Source: Chlorokybus atmophyticus
Lineage: Eukaryota; Plantae; Mesostigma and Chlorokybus algae
Reading direction: 5' to 3'
NCBI GenBank assembly: GCA_009103225.1
Contig: RHPI01000773.1
Span: forward strand, 517,990 to 581,989
DNA length: 64,000 nt
This document shows, one piece after another, positions 12,845 through 24,371 of this stretch. Every line of letters starts with the position of its first letter. Position 1 is the stretch's first letter. Position numbers and translations under genes: made by a program. The notes beneath the pieces are model-generated. The model made no database searches. It was given only the letters and a program-made list of their open reading frames with translations, and had not been told where the DNA came from.

Positions 12845-15800
12845 AGGCCGCACTCACAGTGTGTGCCTGGAACGTGCGGGGTTTGGGGGGCGCTGCGTCT
12901 TATCTCGGGCGCAGCAAACGCTCGACCCTAGCGCGTCGCGTAAGAGAATGGGAGGAAGGGGACAACATGTTCCTACTTCTTCAGGAAACCAAACTTGATG
13001 CCTCGTCGGACTCCCAGTGGCTGCAACGCTTCTGGAAAGGGGGTTCGGTGTGGGCGCCTGCGGAGGGCAGTCGGGGGGGGGGGGGTGCAATCCTCTTCCC
13101 CTCGAGCTGGAAACCAAGGGTGTTGGACTCCGGAGCTTGCGTGGCTTCTCGCTGCTGCTGGGTGCGCGTGCGCTGGGAAGGAAAGCTCCTCCTCGCTTCA
13201 ATATACGCGCCCAACACTTCCTCGGAGAGATCTTCCTTCTTCTCGGAGCTCTCTAGTTCCCTCCCCCCCGCGGATTGGCGCGTGCTGGGGGGGGACTGGA
13301 ACTTTGTCGAGGACGCGCGGTTGGACCGCTCGCACACCTCCTCGGACGTGTCCGCGTTCTCCCCTTCCTCCTTTGCTGAGCTCGCGGACGGACTGGAGGT
13401 GGAAGATACGTTCCGGGCTCTTCACCCGGAGGACGTCAGCCACTCGTGGTGCAACGCCCGCCTGGGTGCTGCACGCAGGGCTGCCAGGCTTGACCGGCTG
13501 TATATGAGCATCGACATGCGCACGCTCACTGTGCAAGCCGAGGTACGCATGGGGGAGACGTCAGACCACAAACCAGTCCTCCTCAGCCTGCACTCACCCG
13601 CTTCGGTCCCACGAGGGCCGGGGTATTGGAAGTTCGACCCCTCCTTGCTTAAGGATCCCTCCTTCTGCTCGGACGCGGAAGAACTTTGGTCTCATCATCA
13701 AGCTCAGCACCCGCCCTCGACCCAGCGCGTTGAGTGGTTCGAGGCCGGCCTTGACTCCTTGGCGATGCTCGCCAAGCAGCATGCCACGCGGAGGAAGGCG
13801 GAGCGAGGAAGGGACGAGAACAACCTTCGCCTCCTGCTGCATGCCAACGAGCAGGCATTGTGCCTGTCTCCGGAAGATGCATGTTGGCAAGAAGAAGGCC
13901 TGCGCCTACAATCCTCCTTGCGGGCGTTGGAAACTCGGACGGTGGAAGGCTCTTTCATCCGCTTTTCTTCGCGTTGGAGGCTAGAGGGGGAGAGGATGAG
14001 CAGCTCTTTCTTTGCCAAGGGGCGGGCAGACAGACTCTCTTCCCCGATGCTCGAGCTTGATCACACGATGGTCCCTCACGATCCCCCGCTAAGCGAGCAA
14101 TCGGATCTCCTCGCGGCCACGCGGGACTTTTATGCGCAGCTGTACACCTCCTCGCAAGTGGACCAGGTTGCCAAGTCCGCTGCTGTGGAGGAATGCCTGC
14201 GAGCGGTGGAACCCTTGCTGTCGGCGGAAGAGGGAGCGCGGCTCGACTCACCAGTGACCAGCTCGGAGCTCCACGCAGCTCTTCGGGCTATGAACCTTCA
14301 CAAGAGCCCGGGGAGGGATGGCCTTACTGCAGCCTTTTGGTTGCACATGTGGCCGGTGATAGGTGAGGACTACACTGCATACTGCCACGCGGTGTTGCAG
14401 CGGTCTCGTATGGGTTGTTCTCAGCGGGCGGGGGTCCTCACGTTGCTGCACAAGAAGGGTGCACTGTCCGACTTGCGCAACTGGCGTCCTATCACGCTAC
14501 TGTCTCTACACCACAAGATCCTAGCGAAGGCCTTTGCTTTGCGTATGTCCCCCTTGCTTCCGAACATCCTCTCCGAGGAACAGACGGGCTTTGTCAAACA
14601 CAGGTACATCTTGGACAACTTGCTCACCGCAATCGATGCCATTCATTGTGCGGATGCTACGCAACAAGAGGTCGCCCTCCTCTTGTTGGACTTCGAGAAA
14701 GCCTTTGATCGCCTCGACTGGGACTTCTTGGACAGAGTGATGCAGGCTTTGGGCTTCGGCCACACCTTTCGGGGTTGGATACGCACGCTCAATGGTGGTG
14801 GCAGCTCCGTTATGGTGAATGGCTTTCTCTCAGAGGAGTTCCACTTGCAGCGGAGTGTGAGGCAGGGCTGTCTGATGGCCCCTGCCTTGTTTGTCATCGC
14901 TACTGAAGCGTTGGGCAGCATGCTCAAGAGTCACCCGGCCATTAAAGGCCTGGTTCTTCCCTCGGATGATCTACCGCACGCAGGAGATCACGACGAGGTT
15001 CGCTACTTTGCATTTGCTGATGATACGGCGGTTTTGCTCGAGACCTCCCCCTCAGCGTTTGAGGCCTTCTCGTAAGTCACGCGCTTGTATTGTCTCGCCT
15101 CCGACTCGCAACTCAGCATGCACAAGTCGGTGGGCATCCTTTTGGGCGCAGCTACCTCCCAACCTGCTCCCGCATTAGGGGTGAAGTGGCTGCAGGAGGG
15201 GGCCTCCACCTCGTTGCTCGGCGTCCCCATGGTGTTGTCTCTCCAACAGCCTCAGCTCTTCGAGGCTGTGCTTGACAAGATGAGGAAGTGCATGCACATG
15301 TGGAAGGGACATTACCTTTCGCTTGTTGGCAAGGCGCTGGTGCTCAATCAGTCCGTGCTCGCGTGCATGTGGTACATCGCGGCAGTGGCTTCCCCGGCCT
15401 CCTCCGTGCTGAAGCAGCTGCGCAAGGAGTGCACCTCTTTTCTGTGGTCTTCCTCTGCTGGCCTGGACGGGATCCCCACACGTGGGAAGGTGCGCTGGGC
15501 TGTTGTTTGCCTCCCGAAGTCCGAGGGGGGTCTTGGGGTCTTGGATCCCACGTTGCAATTGCAAGCTTTGCTGGCGAGGTGGGCTGTCCGGCTGGCTGAC
15601 CCGACGTGGGCACCGTGGAAGGTTATGGGGTATCAGCAGCTCGCGGTGTGGGCATCGGACGCCCGGGAGCCTTCCACTTTATGGCTCCCACCCGGGGCTG
15701 CCTTGCTCTCCACCGGCTTGCCTGTCCATGCACGCGTAGCCCGCCACTGGCGTGCTATTTTTCGGGCGTGGCAGGCGGTTTCCCCTCCCTTGCGCGCTCC

Positions 15801-17184
15801 GCCCACCAACTACGAGGAGGTGCTGGCGCAGCACTTGTTCTACAACGGACTCCTCCGTATGCAGGACGGCAAAGTGCTTGGCTCGGGGGCTAGCAAGAGC
15901 TGGTTCCGCCCCTGGGCTCGGGAAGGGTTCCACCGTGTGTGTGACCTGTGGGATCCTCTCCTCCGCAGGCCATACACCGCGGAGGAACTCTTCTTCTGGG
16001 TGCCGGTGCTCACGCAGCAACGACTGGATGTGCTCTGGTCTGCTGTCCCACCGGAGTGGAGGGCCTTGCTGGACGCTGGTCCGGGCCTTCCGGTGCACGA
16101 TGAGTGGTGGGCTTCTCCCACTCCTGCCGGCAGCATTGATGCAGTGCTGTTGGTTTCCCATGTGCAGGGAGCACGCTGTGTTGGCACACGCTTCCCTTTC
16201 GTGGGCCCCGAGCGTACTACGCTGGGTGAAGGGGTGGAAGGTAGCTCGCTCTTCCTTCAAGCTGCCAGGCGAGTGCGGGTTCTTCCTCCTCCTCCACGTT
16301 GGGGAAAAGGTCCCGCTCCTCGCTCGGCGGCCTGGCTGTCTCTCCCGGTTACTGCCCGCCATCACGGTTGGTTCGCAGTAGGGGGAGCACCTGTTGCGGA
16401 TATGCATTGCGACCCGCAAGCTATGAGGTGGACGCTGCAGCCAGGAGCGGGCTTTGTGGCGTCCTCCCTATGGGATTAAACTTCAAAGTTGGGGTATCAT
16501 GTCCTCACGCGCAAAGCGGTGGCAATGGTGCCCGGGCCGAAACGTTGGCTGCTGCTGTCTCCGGACATTCCATGGCAGCAGGTGTGGCGTACGGTGCACA
16601 ATGCACCGGTTGTAGGAAAGCAACGCACGTTGCTTTGGTTGATAGCGCAGGACGCTATGTTTACGGGGGAGCGCCTCCAGTTTCTGGATGCAAACACCTC
16701 GTGCCTTTCTTGTCACGCGGTTGGCATGGAGACTACATTGCACTTGTTCTTCTCTTGCTCTTCAGCCACCTACGCTTGGTCTTGTCTCTCCGCAGTGTTT
16801 GGCAGGATGGGGGCCTCCCTCGTCACTTCTCCTCGCTCAGTTCTGTTTGGGGTGGGTCCTGCGGTCTCCCCGCAGTCTTTCTCACCGCTCTGGAGGGCTA
16901 TGCGCCCCACTGTTCTGTGGATCATATGGTGCTACCGGTGTGCCAACCGGTATGGCACATCTGTTCCTGTTAGCGTTCTTCGCGCCCGGATTCTCCAAGC
17001 TGGTTGTCTACGAGCACGCGAGGAGTGGCTCTCGGTTCTTACCACCCCTCTTGCTGATGGCAAGAGGGAGGGTGCTCTTTCTGCCTTCACCTCTTCGTGG
17101 GGTAGCGGGGGGGTCCTCTGTACGCTCACCTCTACCCTGCCCTCGCCTCGCGCTCTCTTCAGTCATCGGGATATGATAGACTAG
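12841..17184 (+). pseudogene. LINE ORF2: APE endonuclease, reverse transcriptase, zf-RVT (stops at ~15075 and ~16479)
   Basis: CAWNVRGL, LLQETK, LGGDWNF, RLDRLY, SDHKPV (APE); KSPGRDG, WRPITLL, LDFEKAFD, VRQGC, FADD (RT); CLSCHAVGMETTLHLFFSC. Confidence 0.92.
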
Positions 17185-17335
17185 GGACATCTTCCGTTTC
17201 CATGCTCAGTCTTTGGTTCGCTATGGTTAGTGTAATTCTCTAGTTTCCTTTAGCACGTAGTTGTATTACTCTGAACTCTTGTCCTTATGCTTAATGCAAT
17301 CTTTGTTGGGCTCAAAAAAAAAAAAAAAGCATGCC

Positions 17336-19520
17336 AAGTACAGCTCGAATGGTTTTACTTGCCGCCCAGTAAGTTTGCTCAGGTAGTGGCACACATCCCG
17401 ACCCGCATCAGTCGACATCGACAGGTACATCTGCTGCAGCAGGTCGAAGTTCTGCTCCGCAGATAGCTCTTGCACATTGCCGGGTTGCTGCGGCAGTAAC
17501 AACACCATCATATCGAGGACGGCGAGGGGCAACAACGTACTACGCATGGCCATATCGTGTATGGGTTCCAATCACGGCCAATCCCTGGAGGTCTGTTTAG
17601 ACCGCACTCTCCGCGTTTGCTCCCACTTATTGCATACTTTTGTCACCCACCGCGAGGCATGCCGCATGCAGTGACGCAGCGCGTCTTGGGCATATTGTAG
17701 GGCGATCAACTCCTTTGCACTACGAGTCAGCCCCTCAAAGCGTCTGCGCGTCGGTGTTTTGAGCTTAGGCAGCTCGTGCCGCACCGGCTGTTTCTCTGGA
17801 CGATGCTGAGCAGCCACTTGACGCTGTAAACCCGCCTGTGCCTACTCAGGACACACAGCCAGCCCCAGTGAGGCTTTAAGGCGCTGTGCTTCTTCTAACG
17901 TTGTAACGATGCTTCACCTTTTCTTTTTTGGTCATGTCAGCGACCTTTGTTCCAACAACCTTCTTCTTTTTTATTTTTTCAACCTGCACATCCTGGCAGG
18001 CGCTCTCCGTGGCACTGTCACTCAGAGGAGGTAAGGCGTTATCTTCTTGCTCCACAGCCTTGCGCTTGTGGGTTGCCTCCCGTTCCTCCACGACCTCACG
18101 TCGCTTCATGAGGTCGAGCATGAAGCCTCTGTCTTCCAGCGCAGCTTTTAAAACACCTCGATTAATCTCTTTACCAATAAGACAGGCTGGGATCAATGTG
18201 GCAAGCTTAGAGGGAGAGGGCAAGCTACAGCTGCTTCATGATGAAGATGCCTCCGGATGGTCAGAGTGCGGCGGCAAGTGAGTCTCCGCGGCAGGAAGGG
18301 AGGGTGCTGAATTGGGATTGCGAGCATGTGGCTGTGGTTGAGGGGAGGCAGGATGTGCAGAACACTCGGCTACTTCTTGCCTAGCACACGAAGGCGAGGC
18401 TTGAGGCGTTGGCGCAGCACTCTGGGTCACAGCCGGTGGTAGCGGGGAGTTGGCAACGCCATTCCGCCACTCTCCGATTAGGTGTGTTACCTCCGGTGGC
18501 ATTCATCATGCATAGACCACGACCACTGTTTGGTACTTGCAGGCTTGAGGAGCCAAAAGTGTGCTTCTGGCTCATCAAGAGCAGTGTTGCCCACCACCGC
18601 GACTGAGTTGGGGGCTTCTTTATTTTCAACCCAAACTGCGCTGCCGGGCCGTGGCACCCACTCCCCATGCTCGCGCTGAACGGTCACGCAGCCAATCAAC
18701 AGCCCAGCTTGTTGGCAAATATGGTCATCTACAAGTGCTCGACGTACACATCTTTTCTCCGCACGATCTGTCGCACCTTGGCCATAGCTAGGTCGATGTT
18801 GCGATTAACATCAGCCAACATGGTCGCAGGCGGTTTATCGTAATGCTGCGCCATCTCTCCCGCGGCACCAGTGGCTCTGCAGAAGTCTAAGATTTTGCTC
18901 GCCACGCCTGCATCGACAGCCTTGGCGGTGATTTTGCGGAGAGTGTGCCCCCTGCCGTCGTCGTCCATGGTGTCCAGCATGGCCCAAAATCTGCTCGAGC
19001 TGGGGCACTTGTGATCATCCAGGACACTTTGCGCTATGGATGGCCTGGCGCGAAATACACAATGGTAGAAGCAATTACCGTCCGTGGCGCATTGAAGTGG
19101 TCTGATGAGGCGAGCTGGCCACCTAGCATAACTGACGGCCATATGCGGGTTGCGGCCAGCTCCTCTAATGACTCGCTGGCAGGTGGTGACCCCTGCTGCA
19201 TGCGCATACAGCACTCAAACGATGTGTCCAACTGTGGACGGCAAGAGTCACAGTGACTAATAAAGTACCTGAGTTTGGGGCAGACTGCCGGCTTCAACTT
19301 GCAGCGGGTGGGGTAAGGTAGGTGCAGAAGCCACATCGGTTGTTGCATTGTGCTGTGGTCTCGCCGGTGGCAGCAAGAAGGATTGTTGCCCCGCAATCGC
19401 CGGTGCTGCTCGTGGAGGAGATGGCAGTGCATGAAGGACTGGTGCCGCGGAAGGTGGTTGCGCTCTGGCTGCGAGGGGAGCAGGAGCTGCAGGTGAGACC
19501 ACTTGTGCATGCAGCAAGGG
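17336..19520 (-). pseudogene. Middle part of the cargo gene, including an OTU-like cysteine protease domain
   Basis: ATDGNCFYHCVF (OTU catalytic Cys motif, ORF 18729..19214) and EAHFWLL (candidate catalytic His, ORF 18487..18699); Lys/Glu-rich and Pro/Ala-rich exons on either side. Confidence 0.55.
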
Positions 19521-21175
19521 TGTCACCACCTTGATGTGAAGACTGCTTTTTTTACGGAGAGCTGGAGGAAGAAATCTACACCAAGCAACCACCAGGCTAC
19601 GCAGAAGGGGAGCCAGGCATGGCTTGCAAGTTGATCAAGGCTTTGTATGGGCTGCGACAAGCACCACGTGTGTGGCACATTCGCCTCACGAAAGTGTTGG
19701 AGAAACTCGGCTACAAAGCATCCTCAGCGGATCCGGGGCTCTTCATCCATGAAGAGAAGAAGGTTTACTTGCTCGTGTATGTGGACGACATCATCGTCAC
19801 GGTCAAGCAAGTTGAAGACCTGAAGGAAACGAAGCACGGATTGCAGCAAGCATTCGCAGTACGCGACCTTGGAGAGGTCAAGTTATTTCTTGGCATGGTG
19901 ATAGAGCGTGACAGAGCAGCACGCACAATCAAGATCAGCCAAGAGCAGATGGTGAAGCAACTTGTCACCAAGTTCGGACTCAATGAAGCAAAGACCAAGT
20001 CTACTCCATTGGCACTCGGCACCAACCTCGTTAAAGCGAAAGATGAGGAAGTACTCGACAAGGCTCAGTATCCCTATGGTGAGCTTGTTGGGAGTATGCT
20101 CTACCTAGCAGTGTGCACAAGACCCGACATCGTACATGCGGTTGGAGTGCTTGCGCGCTACATGTCTGCACCAAGCATGGAGCATTGGCGTGCAGCGAAG
20201 GGAGTATTGCGCTACGTGGCTGGAAGCGCAAGTGTTGGCATCAAGTTTGGTTGTGGAAGCACAGAGATGGAGGGCTATTGCGACGCAGACTTTGCAGGTG
20301 ACCTCGATATCAGGAGGTCCACCACGGCGTACGTCTTCAAGTTGAATGGAGGCGTGGTGAGCTGCAACAGTAGGCTGCAACCCACAACAGCTGCATCTAC
20401 TTCGGAAGCGGAGTACATGGCAGCATCGACTGCAGTGAAGGAGGCGTTATGGCTTCGCAAGCTGATGGCAGATCTGGAGCACCCGATGGCGCGTATCACG
20501 ATCAACTGCGACAACCAAGGCGCCATCAAGTTGCTGAAGCACCCCATTGCCTCAACAAGGACAAAGCACATTGATGTCATGCATCATTTTGTGCGAGACA
20601 GAGTCACACGCAAGGAGGTTGAGTTCCAATATTTCAATACGGAAGACATGCTCGCGGACTTCATGACGAAGCCACTGTCACCGCTGAAGTTCAAGGCATG
20701 TTGCAAGGGACTCGGCATATGTGCTTAGGTGAAAGAAGACCAAGCGTTGAAGGCCAAGCTGCCCGCGTGGGAGTGTTGAACATATTGCTACATCCGGTCA
20801 GCCTGCCCTGCATACAAGAGAGAAGAGAAGGGACCTCGATGGGAGGACCTCGAAGACTCCGGACATGAAGGTCCTGGCGCGGACTGAAGAGAAGGGTCCT
20901 AGGCGAATCGTCATATCTCCTAGGATACTCAGTCTTTTAGGACGTGGCATAGCTTGTTATAAAGCTTATCAAGTTAGCTACGTGGCACATCTTACAACGT
21001 AGGATATGGTTCAGTATATCGGACGCTGTTGCATGTAGACTAGCAGTGTGTACAAACTGTGTACTGACTGGCGGGTATATAACCCCGCGGTCTGTTGGTA
21101 ATAAAACGGGAAGTGTGTTGCCTTCTCCTGTGTGTCATTGCTTGCCCTCTTCACTTGCATGCTTGCTTCTCAACA
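19520..21175 (+). mobile_element. Ty1/copia LTR retrotransposon, 3' half (rest of RT, RNase H, PPT, 3' LTR)
   Basis: Starts at CHHLDVKTAF; YGLRQAPR, YVDD, GYCDAD, TKHIDV; purine tract GTGGGAG at 20767-20773; LTR followed by CTTAC, matching the flank of the 5' half. Confidence 0.95.
20774..21175 (+). repeat. copia 3' LTR (402 bp)
   Basis: TGTTG...CAACA; inverted copy of 4255..4656. Confidence 0.95.
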
Positions 21176-22565
21176 CTTACTATGCTGGCCTCAGAATAGA
21201 TACTGCATCGATACTGCATTAGGTACTGCATTTCACAGACCTTGGCCGGCATATATGTGATGCTGATGTCCTGATCCTCAGGGTCTCCAGGCTTGCGTAG
21301 GTAAGCCGTCACGTAGTTCTGATACGGCAGCACACTCGCATGTCCATATGTGACATGGCTCTGATGGTTGAAGCACATGCACCGAGAACACACCTCAGAC
21401 TGAGAGAAAGCAATTGTGGTCCGGAGGTAGCTGGCCACATGCACACCGGTCTCCCACTGGAGCTCTTCCATCAGGAAATGTGCATTTCGGATGCACTTGA
21501 TGATCCGCCCCATAACGGAGGCCGACAGGCCTTGGCCGTTGTTGCACTGCACGAATGCCACTGCAAGAGCATGCTCCGAGCCATACCACCTGGATTCCGA
21601 CGCGTGCTAAGGGACGCCTCCATTTCCATGTTGGCGTGCCACAGGTTTCTCAGGCACACGCACACATCAAAAGCCCTCGTTCACTTCCTCCTCCTCCTGT
21701 TGCTGCTGTGCGTGTGTCTCCTGGAGGGATCCATTAGCATTAAGCATGTGCGCATCTTGGATCGAACTCCCCGGTTCAACATGACCCGCATCGTACTATA
21801 ATAGACGCTGGCCGACATACAGCTTGATCTGCTTGCACACCCTGCTGCTAATAATGTGCATGTAGACCGAGTTGCGTGTGGCGAAGCGCATGTGGCAATA
21901 CGGACAAAGGACTCCCATATCTCACCACTAACGTCGACACAGGTGTGGCCAATGTAACCTGCATCATATCCAGCAACACGCGCACCCGCGGCCGCCGCCG
22001 CCGCCGCCACTGCCACCGCCGCCGCTACCCTTGCATGCCAGAGGCGGGAAACTTGGCCGCCATTCACTGGCTCCGTCATACCATCATTATGGTACGATCG
22101 AGCCATTGCACGTCCCGGATGAGTCTCTGCATATATATATATGTATATATATATATCCTGATTGAACCGTTTCAATGGTACGAAGATGCCTTTGCCAAAA
22201 TGGCATTGAAATGGTACCTTTGTACAATGGCAATGACAGTTCATACCATTGACAACTCTGGCAATATCAGTCCCCCTACGCATAAAAACACCATTGATAG
22301 CTCCGCCAAGCTATGCCCTTACAGGGGCGTGATGCCGAGGGTATGTGGCGTTTGGAGCATTGTTGGCGGCGCTGCCAGGGGCGTAGTGGGCATTGTGGTC
22401 GAGGTCCGGGATGAATTCCATGTTCGCATAAGGCGGGCAGGGTGCCGGAGGGGTGTCCTCGGTGTCAAACCCCACCGTGCCTACCAAGGGCACAGCCAAT
22501 GACAACAGTGACTCGGGCGATATCTTACAGGGCTCCCCCTCCGAGTGGGCAAAGGCACACCACAA
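21176..22565 (-). pseudogene. Probable N-terminal part of the Plavaka-like gene, separated from 4657..7019 by the copia insertion and the inversion
   Basis: Shared TSD places 21176-21180 next to 4657 before insertion; same coding orientation; fragmented ORFs 21151..21561, 21681..22283 and 22311..22565. Confidence 0.5.
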
Positions 22566-23079
22566 TACTTCCTCTAAAAATCCGACCCACCAGCAGCTGC
22601 GACCACGGCGACATGATTTAAGGGACCAAACAAGACTGGCACCAAGGTGGGTTACGATGCACTGTCAATGCCACATGCTAGGGTTCTTTTATCTTGCACA
22701 TGCACAGCCTCAAGTATCTTGCACTTGACATACACTGTCAATACCACATGCACACCCTCATGCACATCCTTCAGTGCCATGCACATGAACAGCATGACCA
22801 ACTCGCAAACGCACAGCCTATTTCCACTTGCGGGAGCTCACAGGTCGCAAAAGAGAAGCTGCGGAGTACCACGAACGGGTAATCCATGACCTAGTTTAAT
22901 GTTTCCAGCGGTAATTAAGCAGCATGCTTGCAGATTGCCATGTTGGTCAGAGTGAACATAGAGCAGCGCGGCAGACTGAGTGTCTGCCTAGCGGAGTGCA
23001 ACAAAGCGGAAGACAAGGTAAGCATGTGTATGCTGATGGGCTAGTCCTCTGGCAGCACGCCACTCTTACAGCATTACCA

Positions 23080-23259
23080 CATGCAGGTGGTCACTCTCAA
23101 AGCGACCATCAAGCGCATGCGCGTGCCCGGCGAGGCGCTCACATTCAAGCTGAAGGACGAAGTAGCCGCTGTACTGTCAGCGAGCGATGCAGCGGATGAA
23201 GATGACTCCGGCGCTCAAGCAGAAGACTTGTCGGAGGAGGAACATGAGGAGGGGGTTTG
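23080..23259 (+). other. Possible last exon of a small acidic protein gene
   Basis: Reads RMRVPGEALTFKLKDEVAAVLSASDAADEDDSGAQAEDLSEEEHEEGV*; no recognisable family. Confidence 0.25.
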
Positions 23260-24371
23260 AGGAGGAGTTGTGAGGCAGGCACCACGGGTTGACAAGCTGC
23301 GCATGAGTCCGACAGCTAGACTCAATGTTATAGGGTAGTTTCATGCGCAAGTCGGCTGCTCAGTTGCAAGTGGACACTCTCACCACTGCCGGTACATTGT
23401 ATATATTGTGGGCTTATAGGTGCAAGACCAAACAATCTGTCCAAGGTTTGTACAAGCTGCATGGCATGTTAGTGCTGGCTTACGGCTAAAATTGCCAACT
23501 TTTGTCAAGCGGCAAGGGTCACATATTAACAGCAGTGTAACGGCAAAGAAACTGCCGGCTACTGTTGTCAGCTGTCCGTAACTACCGGCTAACGGCCGTC
23601 TTTGCACATCGACCAAAGGGTAACTGGTTGACATCTCTTGGCCGGTTAATGCCACTGACAACCACTTTCGACCCGCGGCCGTCTGCGTCAGTCCACTTAA
23701 GCCAATGGCAAACCCAACAGTCCAAAAGTAACATTTTAGGCAGCGACAGGCAGGCTCAGGCAGGCTCAGGCTCCAGTCAGTCCCTCAGTCCTTAGTCAGT
23801 CACCGTGTAAATTTTGCAATGTCCGTATCTCGGAGGAGGAGGTGGCCTCCCACTCATCAAGCTTTACCCATCGCTGGTTGGGGCCAGGGGAATACTTGCT
23901 AGTGGTTTCCACATAAATGGGGCTGACTAGAAAGAGAACAAGGGTGTCATCTGCGCCATTGCGCACAAAACCGCTGACACTATCACAGATTCCACGCATG
24001 CATTCATAAAGTACACTGTTTGTAACGATGTGGTAGCACTACTATGTACTATGTTAGCAAACTTCGCAAGCTTGAACAAGCTTGCGAAATCATATAAGAC
24101 CGTGACAGTTGCTGTGACAAACAAGAAGTTTCATAAGGTACTTTTTCAAAGAATTGGACATATATCGTGCATGATGTTGTAATATCCTTTTGTATCCCCG
24201 TAATTGCATCTTCGAAATGTCTTACGGCAACCTTGTACGTACTACACACAGCAAGTTAACCAGTTGTCATTTCATCTGAGAGACCAACAACGGTTATTAA
24301 CACCCCACATCAATCAAAGTTTACAGCTCAAAACGCAACGACAGCAACCATTAAAGCTGCTCCCGTTGACG

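Larger units (their letters stand above)
9993..17325 (+). mobile_element. Full-length L1/Tx1-like LINE with 10-bp TSD AAAGCATGCC
   Basis: TSD at 9983-9992 and 17326-17335; 3' poly(A) at 17314-17328; ORF1 with CCHC knuckle, ORF2 with APE endonuclease, RT and zinc finger. Confidence 0.93.
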
